Assembly: GCA_030770535.1 (NCBI GenBank)
Contig: JASVEC010000110.1
Coordinates: forward strand, 1-53,402
Direction: 5' to 3'
Length of the DNA: 53,402 nt
Source of the DNA: Batkoa obscura
Taxonomy: Eukaryota
The translations under genes and the position numbers were made by a program. Below the pieces are notes generated by a model. It had not been told where the DNA came from. It worked only from the letters and a program-made list of their open reading frames with translations, and searched no databases. Shown in pieces: positions 49,525 through 53,402 of the stretch (the stretch's first letter is position 1; each line of letters begins with the position of its first letter).

Positions 49525-51147
49525 GTGTCTTCTATAGATACCCAAATTGATGATGCTTTTAGCGTCCATAACAGCGAAAAACAATTAGAAAGTCAAGCTT
49601 CAATAAATCCTTCCAAGCTCGATCAACCAAAAGTTGAAGTATCAAAAACAAGATTCCTTTTAATTATGTTAGGTTTGGTTTTGTCAATATTTGTAGCAGC
49701 CCTAGATACTACTATTATTGCTACTTCTTTAGCAAACGTTATCTCTGATTTTAATGCTTTTGACCAAGTAACTTGGGTTGCTGCTTCTTATTTATTATCT
49801 TCTATCGCTTTCCAACCATTATATGGTAAATTTTCTGATATCTTTGGTCGACGTGATATTATGTTATTTGCCCTTGGTGTCTTTTTAGTTGGTTCAGTAC
49901 TATGTAGTGCTGCACAAACTATTGAGATTTTAGTTATTTGTCGTGCTACTGCTGGTATCGGTGTTGGTGGTCTTATATCTCTTTCAGTTATTATTATATC
50001 CGATATTGTTTCACTAAGGAAGAGGAGGTTATATATGGGTATAGTTAGAGCTAATTTTGCTGTTGCTTCAGTTGTTGGTCCATTGATAGGTGATGCTCTT
50101 ACCGAAGAAGCTAGCTGGAGGTGATGTTTTTACATTAACATTCCAATTTGTCTACTAGGTATGTTTGTTATAGGCTTTTTTCTTCGTTTACCTACATCTA
50201 AACAAAACATGAAAGAAAAATTATCTAGAGTTGATTATTTAGGTTCAGCCACCTTACTCATCTTTACTTCACTTATAGTATTGGGCTTAAATTGGGGTGG
50301 ATAACAATATCCCTGGAACTCTACAGCAGTTGTTGTTTCGCTCTGTTTAGGTATTGCCTTTTTACTCCTTTTTATTTTCTTCCAATGGAAAGTATCTAAA
50401 GAGCCAATCATACCAGGGCATGTTTTAGTTCGTAATGTTATATCTGCAGATTTCACAGCCTTCTTTAATGGGTGTATGCTTTTTTCAACTGTTACTTATT
50501 TACCATTATATTATCAAATTGTACATGAGGAATCATCCATTAACTCAGGCTTGGAACTTTTGGCTACCATGTTGGAGGTAGTCTTCTGCTCAACAGGTTC
50601 TAGTATTTTTATTGTTAAAACTGGTATCTATCGCCCTCTTTCTGTAACTGGTACTGGTATTGGTGTTATTGGCACTTGTCTTATGGGATCTTTAATGAGG
50701 GTTGATATTTCAAGGGCAGAATTGATAATTTTTTCTTTGTTTATCGGATTGGGCATAGGGCTTTGTATTCAAGTCAACACAATTGCATCACAAGTAGCTG
50801 TTGATATGAAAGATGCAGTCATTGTAACATCATTGGTAAGTTTTTCACAATCTTTAGACGGAGTAATAGGAATGGCAGTGTTAGGAGCAGTATATCAAAA
50901 CGTATTAGCTTCCTCCTTAGCTAAAAATGCACCAACTGTCAATATTGGATCTTTATTTCAATCATCGACTTATATTCAAACTTTGACACCAGAACTTAGA
51001 GCCGTAGTAGTTCAATCTTATGTTGATGGTTTCCACTCTATGTTTTTAACTGGGATTGCTTTCTTTTCTGTCTCATTTATAGCTGCACTTTGTTTAAAGC
51101 ATATCCCTTTAAAAAATCGCGGGCCTTTAGTCCACAGGAAAATTTAA
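49525..51147 (+). pseudogene. DHA2-type MFS transporter, full length but with a GTG start and two in-frame stops
   Basis: One frame throughout; AALDTTII, YGKFSDIFGRR, WR*CFYINIP (TGA 50122-50124), WGG*QYPW (TAA 50302-50304). Confidence 0.85.
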
Positions 51148-51806
51148 AATAAGTTAATTTGCTAATATCGTATCATTTATCCACAACATAGATTGGTAAT
51201 TTAATTAATCTTATGAATAAACTCGACTGTTTTCAACAACTCTTTCTATTATTATTTTTTAATATTTTACAATGTGAGTTTTATCGAGTAATGAATCAAT
51301 ATTATCCATATAGTCTAAGTTGTATGAATTTTTAATTATTAAGTACAAAATATATAGCGATTGTATTATATTAATACAAATTATTTAGCATCTAAATCAT
51401 AAAAACATGAGTCTTCTGGATAGAATTATGGACACTTTACTGAAAATGTAATGCAACATAACATTTTTTAGGCATTATGTATAAGGCTGTTTTTATATAC
51501 AAGCTTCTTTTATAATTACAGTGTATTGAATATCTAAATTTAAAAATGATTATTATTAAAAAATGAATATAGAGTCCATTTCGCCACTCAAAAGTACTCT
51601 ATGGAGCCATTTCTTTAAATAAATCACTGCTTACCCTTTTGGGATCAAGTAGGCTTAAAAAAGATTGTGAATACCTCCAAAAACATTATTATAGCACTTT
51701 GGAAACTATAATTTACTTATAATAGCTTAAATTAATATTAAGATAAATAGTTTTGAAAATTTTATTTCTAATAAATATATTTCGGTACTTTAAAAATACA
51801 TTAAAA

Positions 51807-53402
51807 CTAGCAAGTTGTTATATCGGTTTCTGAAGAACTACAGCCATTACGCGAGTTCCTACAAAACCATCCAAAATAAGATTTTGACCAGCATTTAGGA
51901 GTACCATAGGAATAGCGATAATAAGAGCGTCCATAGCTATCATAGCATTTATCGTAATTTGCAGGACAATTGTTAGGAGGTTGAATAGAACAAGTTTTAA
52001 TATCAACTTGATCTTTAACACAAGAAGTACCAGATTTAAAGGAGCAAGACCAGCCATAATTAGTTTTAGTCCAGCAAGTAGGAACAAATGATTCAGATGC
52101 ATAGAAATAATAGTAACCATACCAACAGTAATCATTTTTTGTTGGGCACGTCAGAGGTGGTTTTGGAAAAGAGCAGGTTGAAATATCCTTTTCTCCTTTA
52201 AGTGCATTACATTGGCCGTTAACTTTGGCAATACAACTCCATCCATTTGCGTTAGCTGCCCAGCAGCTTGGTGCATTGATACTGCTAGGGCTAAATTGTT
52301 GTCCTTGGAAATTACAAATATCGGTGGAAGTTGGACATTTAGGAACAGGTGGGGGTGAAATATTACATGCCTTAATATCTAATTGTCCTTTAGAATTGTC
52401 ACATTTAGAGTTAAAGTCTCCTTGACAACTCCATCCCGAAGAGGTCTTAGACCAACATTTTGGTGCATTTGGGTCATTGGCTGTGAATCCTGCACTTCCA
52501 GAATTACAGGTATCGGTGGCCTTTGGACAATCTGGGATTGGAGGTAGAATATTACATGTTGTGATATCTAATTGGTTAATAGTAGCATCACATTTACCAT
52601 TTGAGCCATTCAAACAGATCCATGTGCCAGATGATGATTTAGACCAACATTTTGGCACATTTAGATCATTTGCTTTGAAGCTTGTAGTACCAGAAGAACA
52701 AGCTTCCGTGGCTTTTGGACAATCTGGGATTATAGCTGGAGGAATATTACATGATTTAATATCTAATTGACCTTTAGAAATATCACATATGGTATTTAAG
52801 TTTCCTTGGCAAATCCACCCAGAAGTAGTTTTAATCCAACATTTTGGTGCATTTAGGCTGTTTGCAGCAAAAATAACATCACCGGATTTACAGGTATCGA
52901 TGGCTTTTGGACAATCCGGGATTGGAGGCGGGATATTGCAAGTTGAGATATCTAACTGACCCTTTGAGGTGTCGCATGTAGGATTAGAATTCCTTGACAA
53001 CTCCATCCGAGGGTAGTTTTTGACCAACATCTTGGAGCGTTCGGATCATTGGCTGCAAATGTGACATTACCATTTGAGCAAATATCTGTAGCTTTTGGGC
53101 AGGCAGGAATTGGTAGAGGAAGGTTACACGTACTAATGTCTAATTGGCCTTTTGAGGAATCACAAGCAATTTTAACACTTCCTTGACAGTTCCATCCTGA
53201 AATAATCTTTGACCAGCACTTTGGTACATTTGGATCGTTAGCAACAAATGTGGAATTACCATTTGAGCAAGCATCAGTAGCTTTTGGACAAGCAGGGATT
53301 GGGGGTGAGATATTACATGTTGTAATATCAACTGCCCTTTACTAGTGTCACATCCAAAGTTATTAGATATTCCACAGCCCATCCAGAAGTGGATTTAGAC
53401 CA
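51807..53402 (-). CDS. Second six-Cys tandem module protein (5' end outside the window; at least 9 modules)
   Basis: Same CPKATD.C..PKCW..GW.C..CD..KGQLDI..C module; 1-nt deletions near 52990, 53330 and 53378 break the frame; ends at the last Cys (ETDITTC*). Confidence 0.8.

Noticed and set aside
50122..50304. Stop-codon recoding or A-to-I editing rescuing the MFS gene
   Set aside because: TAA, TAG and TGA all end normal genes in this window, and the lost ATG and Gly substitutions indicate decay.

Overview
Very AT-rich eukaryotic DNA with short (about 42-62 nt) GT-AG introns. The gene set is fungal; an early-diverging lineage such as Zoopagomycota/Entomophthorales is my inference only. Recognisable genes: PEX14, tRNA-Gln(TTG), a 4-exon hemerythrin/HHE protein, a TGL2-like lipase, a C2H2 transcription factor, a secreted trypsin and two decayed DHA2-type MFS transporters. 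Two unnamed families stand out. One is a pair of genes built from tandem ~65-68 aa six-cysteine modules (14 and at least 9 copies), the complete one secreted and ending in a Gly/Tyr/Lys/Pro tail. The other is four paralogs plus a relic of a PY-motif membrane-associated protein. The mobilome is well resolved: a 3.0 kb Sola2-like DDD transposon (22-bp TIRs, ATAT TSD) splits one MFS gene and itself carries a solo LTR and one of about 26 copies of a ~99-bp ATAT-targeting MITE. A second solo LTR, a foldback element and faint Merlin-like and integrase relics are also present. Several 1-2 nt deletions in otherwise intact genes may be assembly errors.
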